Below, piece by piece: positions 19,262-28,726 of a stretch of DNA of 64,000 nt (position 1 is the stretch's first letter; each line of letters starts with the position of its first letter). A program made the translations under genes and the position numbers. Source of the stretch: Spirochaetia bacterium (lineage in GTDB: Bacteria > Spirochaetota > Spirochaetia > SZUA-6 > Bin103); the NCBI GenBank assembly GCA_965199955.1, contig CBDATQ010000001.1:128001-192000 (forward strand). Direction: 5' to 3'. The notes beneath the pieces were generated by a model that ran no database searches, was not told where the DNA came from, and saw nothing but the letters and a program-made list of their open reading frames with translations.

Positions 19262-20932
19262 CTACGAGTCTGACGCACCTGCCGCTATCGCGGCACGTCC
19301 GTCAGACTCGTACCGGGCGATCGGGAACCGGCGGCCGGGGCCGAACGCGCGCCGTGACAGCTTGATCACGGTCGCGGCCTGGCGCCGCTTGTGCTCCGAG
19401 CGCGCCACCATCTGCAGGATGCGCCCGACGAGATCGGGCTCGAAGCCGGCGGCGGCGATCTGCTCGGCGCCTTCGCTTTCCTCGACGTAGCGCCGCAGGA
19501 TCACGTCCAGCACGTCGTACGGCGGCAGCGAGTCGCTGTCGAGCTGCTCGGGCCGCAGCTCTGCCGAGGGCGGCTTGTCGATGGTCGCGTGCGGGATGGC
19601 CGGGCCGTCTTCGTTGATGCGGCGGGCAAGCGCGTACACCTGCGTCTTCCACAGGTCGCCGATCGGCGCCAGCGCGCCGGCCATGTCGCCGTACAAGGTG
19701 GCGTAGCCGGTGGCCAGCTCGCTCTTGTTGCCGGTGGCCAGGGCCAGCGCGCCGGTCTTGTTCGCGAACGCCATCACCAGCGTGCCGCGGATTCGTGCCT
19801 GCAGGTTCTCCTCCGCCGTGTTGGGAGGGCGGCCGGCAAAGACCGGCCCCAGCGTGTCCAGGTATGCCGAGAACGCCGGCTCGATCGACAGCACGTGGAA
19901 ATCGATCCCGAGCGCGCGCGCCAGGTCCTCCGCATCGCGCCGGCTGCCGGGCGACGAGTAGCGCGACGGCAGCGCGAATCCGGTGACCTGCTCTGCGCCC
20001 AGTTGGCGCGCGGCGACGGCAGCCACCACCGCGGAGTCGATGCCGCCCGAGATCGCCAGGCAGACACGGTCGTGGCCGGTCTTTGCCAGGTAGTCGCGCA
20101 GGCCGATGCCGATCGCGGATTCGACCTCCCGGTAGTCGTCCGTGGCAGGGGCGGCGACGCCGGTCGAGTCGGTGTCGATCACGGCTACGTCCTCCCGGAA
20201 CCCGGGCGACCGGTGGATCAGCCGGCCGTCTGCTGCGCACGCCATGGACTGCCCGTCGAAGATCAGTCCGTCGTTGCCCCCGACCGCGTTGGCGTACAGG
20301 ACCGGGCAGCCGCCGGTGGCCGCCACCCGCGCCAGCAGCGTGGCGCGGAGCGCCGGTTTGCCGAGATGATAGGGCGATGCCGACGGCGCCAGCATCAGCG
20401 TCGCGCCGGCGCGCGCCTGCTCGGCGACCGGGTCGCGCGCGTAGACGCCTGCGGGATCGGGGTCCGACTCCCACCAGATGTCCTCGCAGATGGTGAGCCC
20501 CAGCCGCTCGCCGGCGAACGGCACGGGCCGGCAGGCGGCGGCCGGCTCGAAGTAGCGCGCCTCGTCGAACACGTCGTAGGTGGGGAGCAGGCTCTTGGCC
20601 TGCGAGCCGACCACCGCGCCGCCGGCGAGCAGCGTGGCGACGTTGTGCAGCGCCTTGCCCGCACCGGTCCGGTTGGGAGCGACGTGGCCGACCACCACGC
20701 CCAGTCCCTTCGGCAGCAGCCGGCGCAGCCGATCGACGGCGTCGAGGTTGGCCGCGACGAACGACCGGTGGTCCAGCAGGTCCATCGGCGGGTAGCCGCA
20801 CACCGACAGCTCCGGGCAGACCATCAGCGTTGCGCCGCCGGCTTGCGCCGCCTGCGCGGCGGACACGATGCCGTCGACATTGCCGGTGAAGTCGCCGATG
20901 GTCGGGTTGATCTGGGCCAGGGCGATCCGCAC
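19262..20932 (-). CDS. nadE: Glutamine-dependent NAD+ synthetase
   Basis: Nitrilase domain (PEL, K, ICEDIW) plus SGGIDSA, ENLQAR, TGNKSE, PPSAELRP. Confidence 0.95.
   Translation of the reverse strand: MRIALAQINPTIGDFTGNVDGIVSAAQAAQAGGATLMVCPELSVCGYPPMDLLDHRSFVAANLDAVDRLRRLLPKGLGVVVGHVAPNRTGAGKALHNVATLLAGGAVVGSQAKSLLPTYDVFDEARYFEPAAACRPVPFAGERLGLTICEDIWWESDPDPAGVYARDPVAEQARAGATLMLAPSASPYHLGKPALRATLLARVAATGGCPVLYANAVGGNDGLIFDGQSMACAADGRLIHRSPGFREDVAVIDTDSTGVAAPATDDYREVESAIGIGLRDYLAKTGHDRVCLAISGGIDSAVVAAVAARQLGAEQVTGFALPSRYSSPGSRRDAEDLARALGIDFHVLSIEPAFSAYLDTLGPVFAGRPPNTAEENLQARIRGTLVMAFANKTGALALATGNKSELATGYATLYGDMAGALAPIGDLWKTQVYALARRINEDGPAIPHATIDKPPSAELRPEQLDSDSLPPYDVLDVILRRYVEESEGAEQIAAAGFEPDLVGRILQMVARSEHKRRQAATVIKLSRRAFGPGRRFPIARYESDGRAAIAAGASDS
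19263..19312. repeat. Long quasi-palindrome in the last codons of nadE
   Basis: TACGAGTCTGACG (19263-19275) / CGTCAGACTCGTA (19300-19312), plus inner TGCCGC/GCGGCA. Confidence 0.85.
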
Positions 20933-20957
20933 GACCCCTCCTGTTCCGGGAGCTTCC

Positions 20958-21031
<74 letters not shown>

Positions 21032-21129
21032 ATGTGCGCCGCACGGCGCCGCATAAAGTTACACCGCCCGGGCACGGACGGCGAGTCCGGAGCGCGACGG
21101 CCTGAGCTCCCGGGTGCGGCTCCACGCAC

Positions 21130-21336
21130 GTCCGGCGTACCCAGGCGCCGATGCCGGCATCGCGAAGCCGCCGCTCGACCTCAGAGAGTTGCGCCGCCGA
21201 GGCGGGTTCGGTGACGACCCGGATCTCGTCCCCGACAGGATCCAGGGCGGCGGGGATGTCCCGATGCGCAGCCGCTGGAGCAGGTCGTGGGCGTTGTCCG
21301 GGATCCCGAACACCCCGACTTGCTGCAGGTACCGCG
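21130..21336 (-). pseudogene. Frameshifted SPOR-like domain of rlpA
   Basis: YLQQVGVFGIPDNAHDLLQRLR in one shifted frame, then DIPAALDPVGDEIRVVT...VERRLRDAGIGAWVR in the third frame. Confidence 0.6.
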
Positions 21337-21753
21337 TCAGGGCGGTACCTGCAGGACCTGCAGGCGCACCGGGGCGACGCCGGACCGCAGCATCCCCAAC
21401 TCGCGGGCGGCGCCCAGGGACAGGTCGATGATGCGGTCGGCCACGAACGGACCGCGGTCGTTGATGCGGACCTCGACGCTTCCGCCGCCGCCCGTCAGGG
21501 AGACTCTCACCAAGGTGTCGAACGGCAGGGTTGGGTGCGCGGCGGTCAACGCGAACATGTCGTACTGCTCGCCGCTGGCGGTCGGCCGGCCATGGAACTG
21601 CCAGCCGTACCAGGATGCCAGGCCGGTGGTGCCCGCGGGGAGTGCTGCCCGCTCGTGCTGGCCGGGCGCGGCGGTGAACGATACCGCCGGCGCCTCCTGC
21701 GCGGCGGCGCCGGCGGCGATCAGCGCAAACAAAGCCGGGAAGATGGCGTACAT
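21337..21753 (-). CDS. rlpA: Septal ring lytic transglycosylase RlpA (DPBB domain); SPOR domain lies downstream, out of frame
   Basis: ASWYG..FHGRPTASGE, TAAHPTLPF, VRINDRGPF, IIDLS. Confidence 0.88.
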   Translation of the reverse strand: MYAIFPALFALIAAGAAAQEAPAVSFTAAPGQHERAALPAGTTGLASWYGWQFHGRPTASGEQYDMFALTAAHPTLPFDTLVRVSLTGGGGSVEVRINDRGPFVADRIIDLSLGAARELGMLRSGVAPVRLQVLQVPP

Positions 21754-21796
21754 CCACTTGATTATCGACTCCGAGGTCTGCAAATTGAGATCGGCG

Positions 21797-22687
21797 ATGA
21801 GCGGCGATCTGCGTGCGGCCCTGGCCGTCGAGCGGCCCCTGCAGGTGGTCGGGGTGATCAACGCCTATGCCGCGGTGCAGGCGCGGTCGGCCGGATTCCG
21901 GGCGATCTACCTGTCCGGCGCGGGCGTGGCCAACGCGGGATTCGCGCTACCCGACCTGGCGATGACGGGCCTGGGGGACGTGCTGGAGGACACGCGCCGG
22001 ATCACCGGCGCCGTGCCCCTGCCGTTGCTGGTGGATGCCGATACCGGCTGGGGTGAGGGCCTCACCATCGGCCGCACCGCCCGCGAGCTGGCGCGCGCCG
22101 GCGCCGCCGCCATGCACCTGGAGGACCAGGTGCAGACCAAGCGGTGCGGGCACCGCGGCGGCAAGCAGCTCGTGGCCGCCGACCTGATGCAGGAACGGAT
22201 CGCCGCGGCCGCAGACGGCCGGCCCGACGAGCGCTTCGTGGTGATGGCGCGCACCGACGCGCTGGCGGTCGAGGGCCTGGACTCGGCGGTGGAGCGGTGC
22301 GGGCGCTACGTGGAGGCCGGAGCTGATATGATCTTCTTCGAAGGCGCCACCGCGCTGGACCAGTTCGGCCGCGTGGCGGAGGCGGCAGGGGTTCCTGTGC
22401 TGGCCAACATCACCGAGTTCGGACAGACGCCGCTGTGGACGCGCGAGCAGCTCGCGGCGGCCGGGGTGGCGCTGGTGCTCTATCCGCTGTCCGGGTTCCG
22501 CGCCATGGCCAAGGCGGCGGCCGGCGTGTTCGAGACGATCCGCCGCGACGGCACGCAAAGGGAGACGATCACGCAGATGCAGACACGTGCTGAGCTGTAC
22601 GAGACACTGGACTACGAGCGCTACGAGGCGCGCGCGGACGCGATCCTGGCCCGGGCGGACCAGGCCCGGAACGGCAACCGTGGCTGA
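21797..22687 (+). CDS. prpB: 2-methylisocitrate lyase
   Basis: YLSGAGVA, LVDADTGWG, EDQVQTKRCGHR, LANITEFG. Confidence 0.93.
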   Translation: MSGDLRAALAVERPLQVVGVINAYAAVQARSAGFRAIYLSGAGVANAGFALPDLAMTGLGDVLEDTRRITGAVPLPLLVDADTGWGEGLTIGRTARELARAGAAAMHLEDQVQTKRCGHRGGKQLVAADLMQERIAAAADGRPDERFVVMARTDALAVEGLDSAVERCGRYVEAGADMIFFEGATALDQFGRVAEAAGVPVLANITEFGQTPLWTREQLAAAGVALVLYPLSGFRAMAKAAAGVFETIRRDGTQRETITQMQTRAELYETLDYERYEARADAILARADQARNGNRG

Positions 22688-23783
22688 GGCGAGCGCCGGT
22701 CTGAGCGGCGTGGTCGCCGGCCGCTCGGCGATCGCGACCGTCGGCAAGGGCCACGGTCTGCGCTACCGCGGCTACGCGATCGAGGAGCTGGCGGGCGGCA
22801 CCTGCTTCGAGGAGGTGGCTTGGCTGCTGATTCACGGCGAGCTGCCGGGACGCGCCGAGCTCGACGCGTACCGGCAGCGGCTGGCCGCGCGCCGGGACCT
22901 TCCGGAAGCGGTCCGCGACATCCTGCATCGGCTGCCCGATCACGCCCACCCGATGGACGTGCTGCGCACCGGCTGCTCGGCGCTGGGAGCGGTCGGTCCG
23001 GAGGTGGATCCCGCCGCGATGGTGGACGCGGCCGACACCCTGCTGGCGCAGTTGCCGGCGGTGATCGGCGCGTGGCGCGGCGCCGCCGCGGATGGTGGCG
23101 TCGCCGGGTCCCTCGCCGCCCACACCCTGGTCCAGTTCGGCGCCGGGCCGGTGACGCCCGAGGCCGAGCGCACCCTGGACGTCGCCATGACCCTGTACGC
23201 CGAGCACGAGTTCAACGCCTCCACCTTCGCGGCGCGCACCGCGGCCTCCACCCTCACCGACTTCCACTCCGCGATCACGGCCGCCATCGGCACGCTGCGC
23301 GGGCGGCTGCACGGCGGCGCCAACGAGGCGGCGCTCGACCTGATCCGCTCCTTCGACGATCCCGAAGTGGCGGAGGAAGGCGTCATGCGGGCGCTGGCGG
23401 AGAAAAGGCTGATCATGGGGTTCGGCCACCGCGTCTACCGCGGCGGCGATCCCCGCTCGCCGATCATTGAGGCGTGCGCGGAGCGGCTGGTGGCCGGGCA
23501 CGGCGGCGCCGATCTTCTGGCCATCGCGCGCCGCATCGAGTCCGTGATGCGGCGGGAGAAGGGGCTGTTCCCGAACCTGGACTTCTACAGCGCCGTCGTG
23601 TTCCACCAGCTCGGCATCGAGCAGCGCCTGTTCACGCCGGTGTTCGTGATCGCCCGCCTGACCGGCTGGGCCGCGCATGTTATCGAGCAGCTCGCCGACA
23701 ACAAGCTGATCCGCCCCACCGCCGAGTACGTCGGCCCCGACGACCGCGCGTTCGTGCCGCTTTCGGAGCGTTCTACTCCTTGA
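22680..23783 (+). CDS. prpC: 2-methylcitrate synthase
   Basis: HPMDVLRTG, YAEHEFNASTF, LHGGANE, MGFGHRVY, FPNLDF; follows prpB. Confidence 0.9.
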   Translation: MAEASAGLSGVVAGRSAIATVGKGHGLRYRGYAIEELAGGTCFEEVAWLLIHGELPGRAELDAYRQRLAARRDLPEAVRDILHRLPDHAHPMDVLRTGCSALGAVGPEVDPAAMVDAADTLLAQLPAVIGAWRGAAADGGVAGSLAAHTLVQFGAGPVTPEAERTLDVAMTLYAEHEFNASTFAARTAASTLTDFHSAITAAIGTLRGRLHGGANEAALDLIRSFDDPEVAEEGVMRALAEKRLIMGFGHRVYRGGDPRSPIIEACAERLVAGHGGADLLAIARRIESVMRREKGLFPNLDFYSAVVFHQLGIEQRLFTPVFVIARLTGWAAHVIEQLADNKLIRPTAEYVGPDDRAFVPLSERSTP

Positions 23784-24105
23784 GCGCCAGGTGGACGATG
23801 ACCGGCAGCGCGACGCCTGCCGGCAGCGTGCCGGTCAGGCGCAGCCAGCCGCCGAAGTGGCGGAGGCGTGCGAACGTGGTCGGTCCCGGCGTGCCCGGCA
23901 GCGCGATCTCCGTGCCCTCGTCGGTCCAGTGGATGCCGTCGGGCGCGATCTGCACGCGGGCCGTGGCGCCGGCCGGCGCCTCGCCTTCGATGAGGCGGAT
24001 GAAGAAGATCGCCTCGCGCGCCCATGCCGATTCGTACGGCTCGGTGGCGAACTCGCCTTCCCAGGTGGTGCCCAGCTCGATCGCCGTGGTGTGACTCTGC
24101 CTCAT
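23773..24105 (-). CDS. Hypothetical protein (about 110 aa, beta-rich)
   Basis: ATG preceded by a purine-rich RBS; FATEPYESAWAREAIFF...QIAPDGIHW...HFGGWLRL; GC3-rich codons. Confidence 0.75.
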   Translation of the reverse strand: MRQSHTTAIELGTTWEGEFATEPYESAWAREAIFFIRLIEGEAPAGATARVQIAPDGIHWTDEGTEIALPGTPGPTTFARLRHFGGWLRLTGTLPAGVALPVIVHLALKE

Positions 24106-24118
24106 CGTTCCTCTCCCC

Positions 24119-24973
24119 TCACGTGGCCGTGGAGACCGCGACGCTGTCCACGTACAGAAACGCGCGCATGTCGGCGTCACTTTCCACGAAGAACGCCACG
24201 TTCAGCATCGACCACAGGTTGGGCATCGCCGGCAGCCGCATCGGCTCGATGCCGGCCACGTCCAGGTCACGCTCGTTGCAGCGGAATCCCAGGAAGCGCA
24301 TGGCGGCCAGGTCGAAATCCAGCCGCAGGTAGTACCAGTTGTGCTTGGTGGCGATCTCGTTGTAGCAGAGCCGCTGGCCGCCGCCCGGGACGTCGACCCA
24401 GTTGCGGGACTTGAAGTGGAAGTGCGACCAGGTCTTGCCGCGCGTGCCGATGTCGTGGAGCGGCTCGCGCTCGTTCTTGTACTGCCAGCGCTCGGCGCGA
24501 GCGCCCTCGAATGCGTTGAGGTAGCGGATGTGCGGCATGACCCGAAGCGGCTCAGCGGCCTGGCCGTCGGCGTGCTGGAGGTCGAGCAGGATCCCGAACG
24601 CGCGCACCGCCGTCTCGCCGAGTTCCAGCTCGTTCGCCTCCGGCTTGAAGGTGACGATCGCCTCCACCCGCAGCGGTCCGGCGGTGCGGAAGGTGGAGCG
24701 CTTGATCGCCGTGCAGAAGGTGCCGGGCTTGGCGCGCGTGGCTAGCTTCAGCGCGTAGGCTCCGCCGATCGCGCCGGAGGTGCCCGCGTCCCACATGGTC
24801 AGGTTGCTGAGCATCGGCGGGCGCATGTCCATGTACTCCGGCAGCATGGCATCGACGCGGTCCTCGTAGTTGCCGATCAGCGCGCCCCAGCCGTTCACGC
24901 CGTCGTTGAAGTCGTCGTAGAACAGCAGCCTCTGCAGCGGCTCGAACGAGCTCAGGGTCGTGTGTGCCTGCAT
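24119..24973 (-). CDS. Hypothetical protein (aromatic-rich, possibly carbohydrate-binding-like fold)
   Basis: Clean 284-aa ORF with coding-like codon usage; YDDFNDGVNGW...LCYNEIATKHNWYYLR...FLYVDSV. Confidence 0.8.
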   Translation of the reverse strand: MQAHTTLSSFEPLQRLLFYDDFNDGVNGWGALIGNYEDRVDAMLPEYMDMRPPMLSNLTMWDAGTSGAIGGAYALKLATRAKPGTFCTAIKRSTFRTAGPLRVEAIVTFKPEANELELGETAVRAFGILLDLQHADGQAAEPLRVMPHIRYLNAFEGARAERWQYKNEREPLHDIGTRGKTWSHFHFKSRNWVDVPGGGQRLCYNEIATKHNWYYLRLDFDLAAMRFLGFRCNERDLDVAGIEPMRLPAMPNLWSMLNVAFFVESDADMRAFLYVDSVAVSTAT

Positions 24974-25050
24974 GCCGGCACTGTCTCACACCCGCCGGCG
25001 CGCGTGAACCGGTAGAGTTCGGGAGTCGTCTCTGAGATGGTGTGCATCGC

Positions 25051-26463
25051 ATGAATGCGGATGAGGTGCTGGAGCGGCTGGCCACGTACGCGGCCGAGCC
25101 GCCGCAGTTCCCGCAAGCCGCCCACGACGCCGCCCGGCTGTGTCTGCTGGACGCGCTGGGCTGCGCGGCGCTGGCGCTGCGCCACCCCGCCTGCACTCGC
25201 CTGCTGGGACCGTTCGTGCCGGACCAGGACGATCACGTGCCCGGCGGCGCCCGGGTGCCCGGCACGGCGCTTGCGCTGGACCCGATACAGGCGGCGTTCA
25301 ACACGTCGATGCTGATCCGCTGGCTCGACTACAACGACACGTGGCTGGCGGCCGAGTGGGGCCACCCCTCCGACAACATCGGCGCGCTGCTGGCGGTGGC
25401 GGACCACCTGTGCCGCACGGGGCAGCGCCGCGTCACGATGCGCGAGCTGGAGTCGCTGATCGTGCGCGCCTACGAGATCCAGGGCGTGCTGGCGATCGAC
25501 AACAGCTTCAACCGCGTGGGCTTCGATCACGTTCTGCTGGTGAAGTTGGCCTGCGCGTGCACGGTCACCGCCCTGCTCTCAGGCGACGCGGACGCGGTGG
25601 CGGCCGCCGCGTCGCAGGCGCTGGTCGACGCCGGCCCGCTGCGCACGTACCGCCACGCGCCCAACACCGGTTCGCGCAAGTCCTGGGCGGCGGGCGACGC
25701 CGCGGCGCGCGCGGTGCAGCTCGCCTACCTGACGATGCGCGGCGAGCCGGGGTACCCGCGCGCGGTGGAGGCTCCGCGCTGGGGCTTCGACGCGGTGCTG
25801 CTCCGCGGCAAGCCGCTGCGCTGCGGGCCGCTGGCCAGCCACATCGTCGAGCACGTGCTGTTCAAGGTCGACTTCCCCGCGGAGTTCCACGCGCAGACCG
25901 CGGCCGAGGCGGCGATCGCCCTGCACCCGCGGGTGCGCGACCGGCTGGACGAGATCGATCGCATCGACATTCGCACCCAGGAGGCGGCGGTGCGGATCAT
26001 CGACAAGACCGGGCCGCTGGCCAATCCGGCGGACCGCGACCACTGCCTGCAATACATCGTCGCGGTGGGGCTGCTCGCCGGCGAGTTGACCGACCACCAC
26101 TACGACGACGCGTTCGCCGCCGACCCGCGCATCGACCGGCTGCGCGCCGTGATGCGCGTGGCCGAGGAGCCGTCGTACAGCGCCGGCTACCTGGATCCTG
26201 CCGAGCGCTCGATCGCCAACGCACTGCAGGTGCACTTCGCGGACGGGACGCACACCGAACGCGTGGAGGTGGTCTACCCGATCGGCCACCCCCGACGGCG
26301 TGCGGAGGCGTTGCCGCGGTTGCGGCGCAAGCTGCAGGCCAATCTGGCCTCGGCGTTCGATGCCGAGCGGGTGGAGCGCATCGTGGCGTGGTTCGACGAC
26401 GGCGCCGCGCTGGCGGACATGACCGTGTCGGACTTCATGGACGCTCTGGTTGCCGAGCGGTGA
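25051..26463 (+). CDS. prpD: 2-methylcitrate dehydratase
   Basis: IRWLDYNDTWLAAEWGHPSDN, YRHAPNTGSRKSWAAGDA, FPAEFHAQTA, DRDHCLQY. Confidence 0.95.
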   Translation: MNADEVLERLATYAAEPPQFPQAAHDAARLCLLDALGCAALALRHPACTRLLGPFVPDQDDHVPGGARVPGTALALDPIQAAFNTSMLIRWLDYNDTWLAAEWGHPSDNIGALLAVADHLCRTGQRRVTMRELESLIVRAYEIQGVLAIDNSFNRVGFDHVLLVKLACACTVTALLSGDADAVAAAASQALVDAGPLRTYRHAPNTGSRKSWAAGDAAARAVQLAYLTMRGEPGYPRAVEAPRWGFDAVLLRGKPLRCGPLASHIVEHVLFKVDFPAEFHAQTAAEAAIALHPRVRDRLDEIDRIDIRTQEAAVRIIDKTGPLANPADRDHCLQYIVAVGLLAGELTDHHYDDAFAADPRIDRLRAVMRVAEEPSYSAGYLDPAERSIANALQVHFADGTHTERVEVVYPIGHPRRRAEALPRLRRKLQANLASAFDAERVERIVAWFDDGAALADMTVSDFMDALVAER

Positions 26464-26482
26464 CCTCGACGGGAGGAAGCGA

Positions 26483-27199
26483 ATGCACGTATTGATCACC
26501 GGTTCCGCCGGCAGGCTGGGCCGGGTGCTGGTCGCCGGTCTTGGTGACCGGCACCGGCTGCGGGGCTACGACCTGCAGCCGACGCCGGACGTCGAGGAGT
26601 CCGTGGTCGGCGACCTGCAGGACCTGGAGCGGCTGACCGCCGCGGCCGAAGGGGTGGACGGCATCGTCCACCTGGGGGCCGCCGTGGGCGGCGCGCACGG
26701 CTGGGAGGCGGTGCTTCAGGCAAACATCGTCGGCATGCGCAACGCGCTGGAGGCAGCGCGGCGCGCCGGCGCGCCGCGCTTCGTGTTCGCGAGCCGCGCC
26801 GGCCTGGTCGAGCGCTACCCGCGCAAGCTGACGCGCACGGTGGACCTTCCGACGCGGCCGTTCGACGACTACTCGGTCAGCAAGGCGTTCGGGGAACAGC
26901 TCGGCCACCGCTACCACGACGAATTCGGGATCGAGTTCGTGGCCGTGCGCATCGGCAGCTTCCGCGCCGACCGGACCGATACCCGGCACCCGCACGACCT
27001 CAGCCACGGCGACGCCGTGCGGGTGTTCGAGGCGGCCCTCACCCATCCCGGCGTGGGTTTCGAGATCGTCTTCGGCGTCTCCGACGCGGTGTGGCCACTG
27101 TACGACCTGGACTACGGGCGCCGCGCCATCGGCTATCACCCGCGGGACCGCTGCGAACTCACCGAGGCGGCCGACACCTCTCCCCGCTTCCGCGACTGA
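26483..27199 (+). CDS. NAD-dependent epimerase/dehydratase family, uronate dehydrogenase-like
   Basis: TGSAGRLG Rossmann motif, YSVSK, VRIGS, LSHGD. Confidence 0.8.
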   Translation: MHVLITGSAGRLGRVLVAGLGDRHRLRGYDLQPTPDVEESVVGDLQDLERLTAAAEGVDGIVHLGAAVGGAHGWEAVLQANIVGMRNALEAARRAGAPRFVFASRAGLVERYPRKLTRTVDLPTRPFDDYSVSKAFGEQLGHRYHDEFGIEFVAVRIGSFRADRTDTRHPHDLSHGDAVRVFEAALTHPGVGFEIVFGVSDAVWPLYDLDYGRRAIGYHPRDRCELTEAADTSPRFRD

Positions 27200-27212
27200 G
27201 GCGCCAGGCCTC

Positions 27213-27259
27213 AGAGAAGAAAGGGCGCCGCACGCGGAGTTGATCCGCGCCAGCGCCCT
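27213..27259 (-). terminator. Rho-independent terminator downstream of fdhA
   Basis: Minus strand AGGGCGC...GCGCCCT with inner CGCGGA/TCCGCG stem, followed by TTCTTCTCT. Confidence 0.6.
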
Positions 27260-27282
27260 CCCGGTTATCCGATGCGCGCGGC

Positions 27283-28473
27283 CTACGCGGCTATCATCGC
27301 GTGCGGGTCGATCACGAACTTGGTCGCCGCACCCTTGTCGAAGTCCTGGTAGCCGTTGGGCGCATCGTCCAGGGAGATGACCTGCGCGTTGACCGCCTCT
27401 GCGATCTTCACCTTGTCGTAGACGATCGCCTGCATGAGCTGGCGGTGGTAGCGCATCACCGGGCACTGGCCGGTGGTGAAGTGATGGGACTTCGCCCAGC
27501 CCAGGCCGATGCGGATACCCAGGTTGCCGATCTTGGCGTTGTCGTCCACGCCGCCCGGGTCGCCGGTCACGTACAGGCCGGGAATGCCGATGCCGCCGCC
27601 GGTGCGGGTCACCTCCATGACCGAGTTGAGCACCGTGGCCGGCTGCTCGACGGCGGAGTCCTTGCCGTGGCCGCGCGCCTCGAAGCCCACGCAGTCGACC
27701 GCCTGGTCGACCTCCGGCTCGCCGACGATCTCGGCGATCTGCTCGCCCAAGGTGGCGTCCTTGGTCAGGTCGACGGTCTCGCAGCCGAAGCTGCGTGCCT
27801 GCGCCAGCCGCTCGGCGATCATGTCGCCGACGATCACGACCGCGGCGCCCAGCAGCTGACAGGAATGCGCGCACGCCAGGCCGACCGGCCCGCCGCCGGC
27901 AACGTAGACGATCGAGCCGGGCCCGACGCCGGCCGAGAACGCGCCGTGGAAGCCGGTGGGGAAGATGTCCGACAGCAGCGTCAGGTCCTTGATCTTGGCC
28001 ATCGCCACGTCACGCTCAGGCAGCTTCAGCAGGTTGAAGTCCGCGTACGGCACCATCACGTACTCGGCCTGCCCGCCGACCCAGCCGCCCATGTCGACGT
28101 AGCCGTAGGCGGCGCCGGGACGGGCCGGATTCACGTTCAGGCAGATGCCGGTCTTGGTCTCCTTGCAGTTGCGGCAGCGGCCGCAGGCGATGTTGAAAGG
28201 GACGCTGACGATGTCGCCAACGTCGACGAACTCGACGTCGTGGCCGGCCTCGATCACCTCACCGGTGATCTCGTGGCCCAGGATGAGCCCCTCGGGCGCG
28301 GTCGTGCGGCCGCGCACCATGTGCTGGTCGCTGCCGCAGATGTTGGTCGATACGATCTTGAGGATCACGCCGTGGTCGCACTTGCGATCGCCGAGCGCCA
28401 GCTCGGGAAAGTCGATCGACTGGATCTCGACCACGCCGGGCTTGATGTAGGCTACGCCTCGGTTGCTTGCCAT
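27283..28473 (-). CDS. fdhA: Glutathione-independent formaldehyde dehydrogenase
   Basis: NICGSDQHMVRGRT, GHEITGE, ACGRCRNC, LSDIFPTG, GIPGLYVTGDPG, GLGWAKSH. Confidence 0.93.
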   Translation of the reverse strand: MASNRGVAYIKPGVVEIQSIDFPELALGDRKCDHGVILKIVSTNICGSDQHMVRGRTTAPEGLILGHEITGEVIEAGHDVEFVDVGDIVSVPFNIACGRCRNCKETKTGICLNVNPARPGAAYGYVDMGGWVGGQAEYVMVPYADFNLLKLPERDVAMAKIKDLTLLSDIFPTGFHGAFSAGVGPGSIVYVAGGGPVGLACAHSCQLLGAAVVIVGDMIAERLAQARSFGCETVDLTKDATLGEQIAEIVGEPEVDQAVDCVGFEARGHGKDSAVEQPATVLNSVMEVTRTGGGIGIPGLYVTGDPGGVDDNAKIGNLGIRIGLGWAKSHHFTTGQCPVMRYHRQLMQAIVYDKVKIAEAVNAQVISLDDAPNGYQDFDKGAATKFVIDPHAMIAA

Positions 28474-28627
28474 CTGAATCCCTCCGGGAAATTGGTCGTC
28501 GTGAACGGGCCCCGACTCTACGCCGAGGGAGCCCGGCCGGCAACTCCCCCTGGTGTGAGGTACTCGCGGAAACCTCCGCTATTTGCGACGGATGTGCCAA
28601 TTTCGCGATCCTTAGCAGGCAGCGAGT

Positions 28628-28659
28628 CGTTGACGCGACAATCAACGTGCCGATAGCGT
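28628..28659 (+). promoter_or_regulatory. Putative promoter with overlapping inverted-repeat operator
   Basis: CGTTGA-N8-TCAACG overlaps TTGACG (28630-28635); TAGCGT at 28654-28659; in the fdhA/ABC divergent region. Confidence 0.45.
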
Positions 28660-28726
28660 ACCAGTTCGGCTGCGGTATCGCCGTCCGGCGTTTCCCGCTG
28701 CCTACAACAGAATGGAGGGTCGAAAA

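Noticed and set aside
28474..28620. Possible riboswitch in the fdhA leader (GGGGAG/CTCCCC hairpin)
   Set aside because: Only a generic GC hairpin; no aptamer consensus recognised. An Rfam scan would settle it
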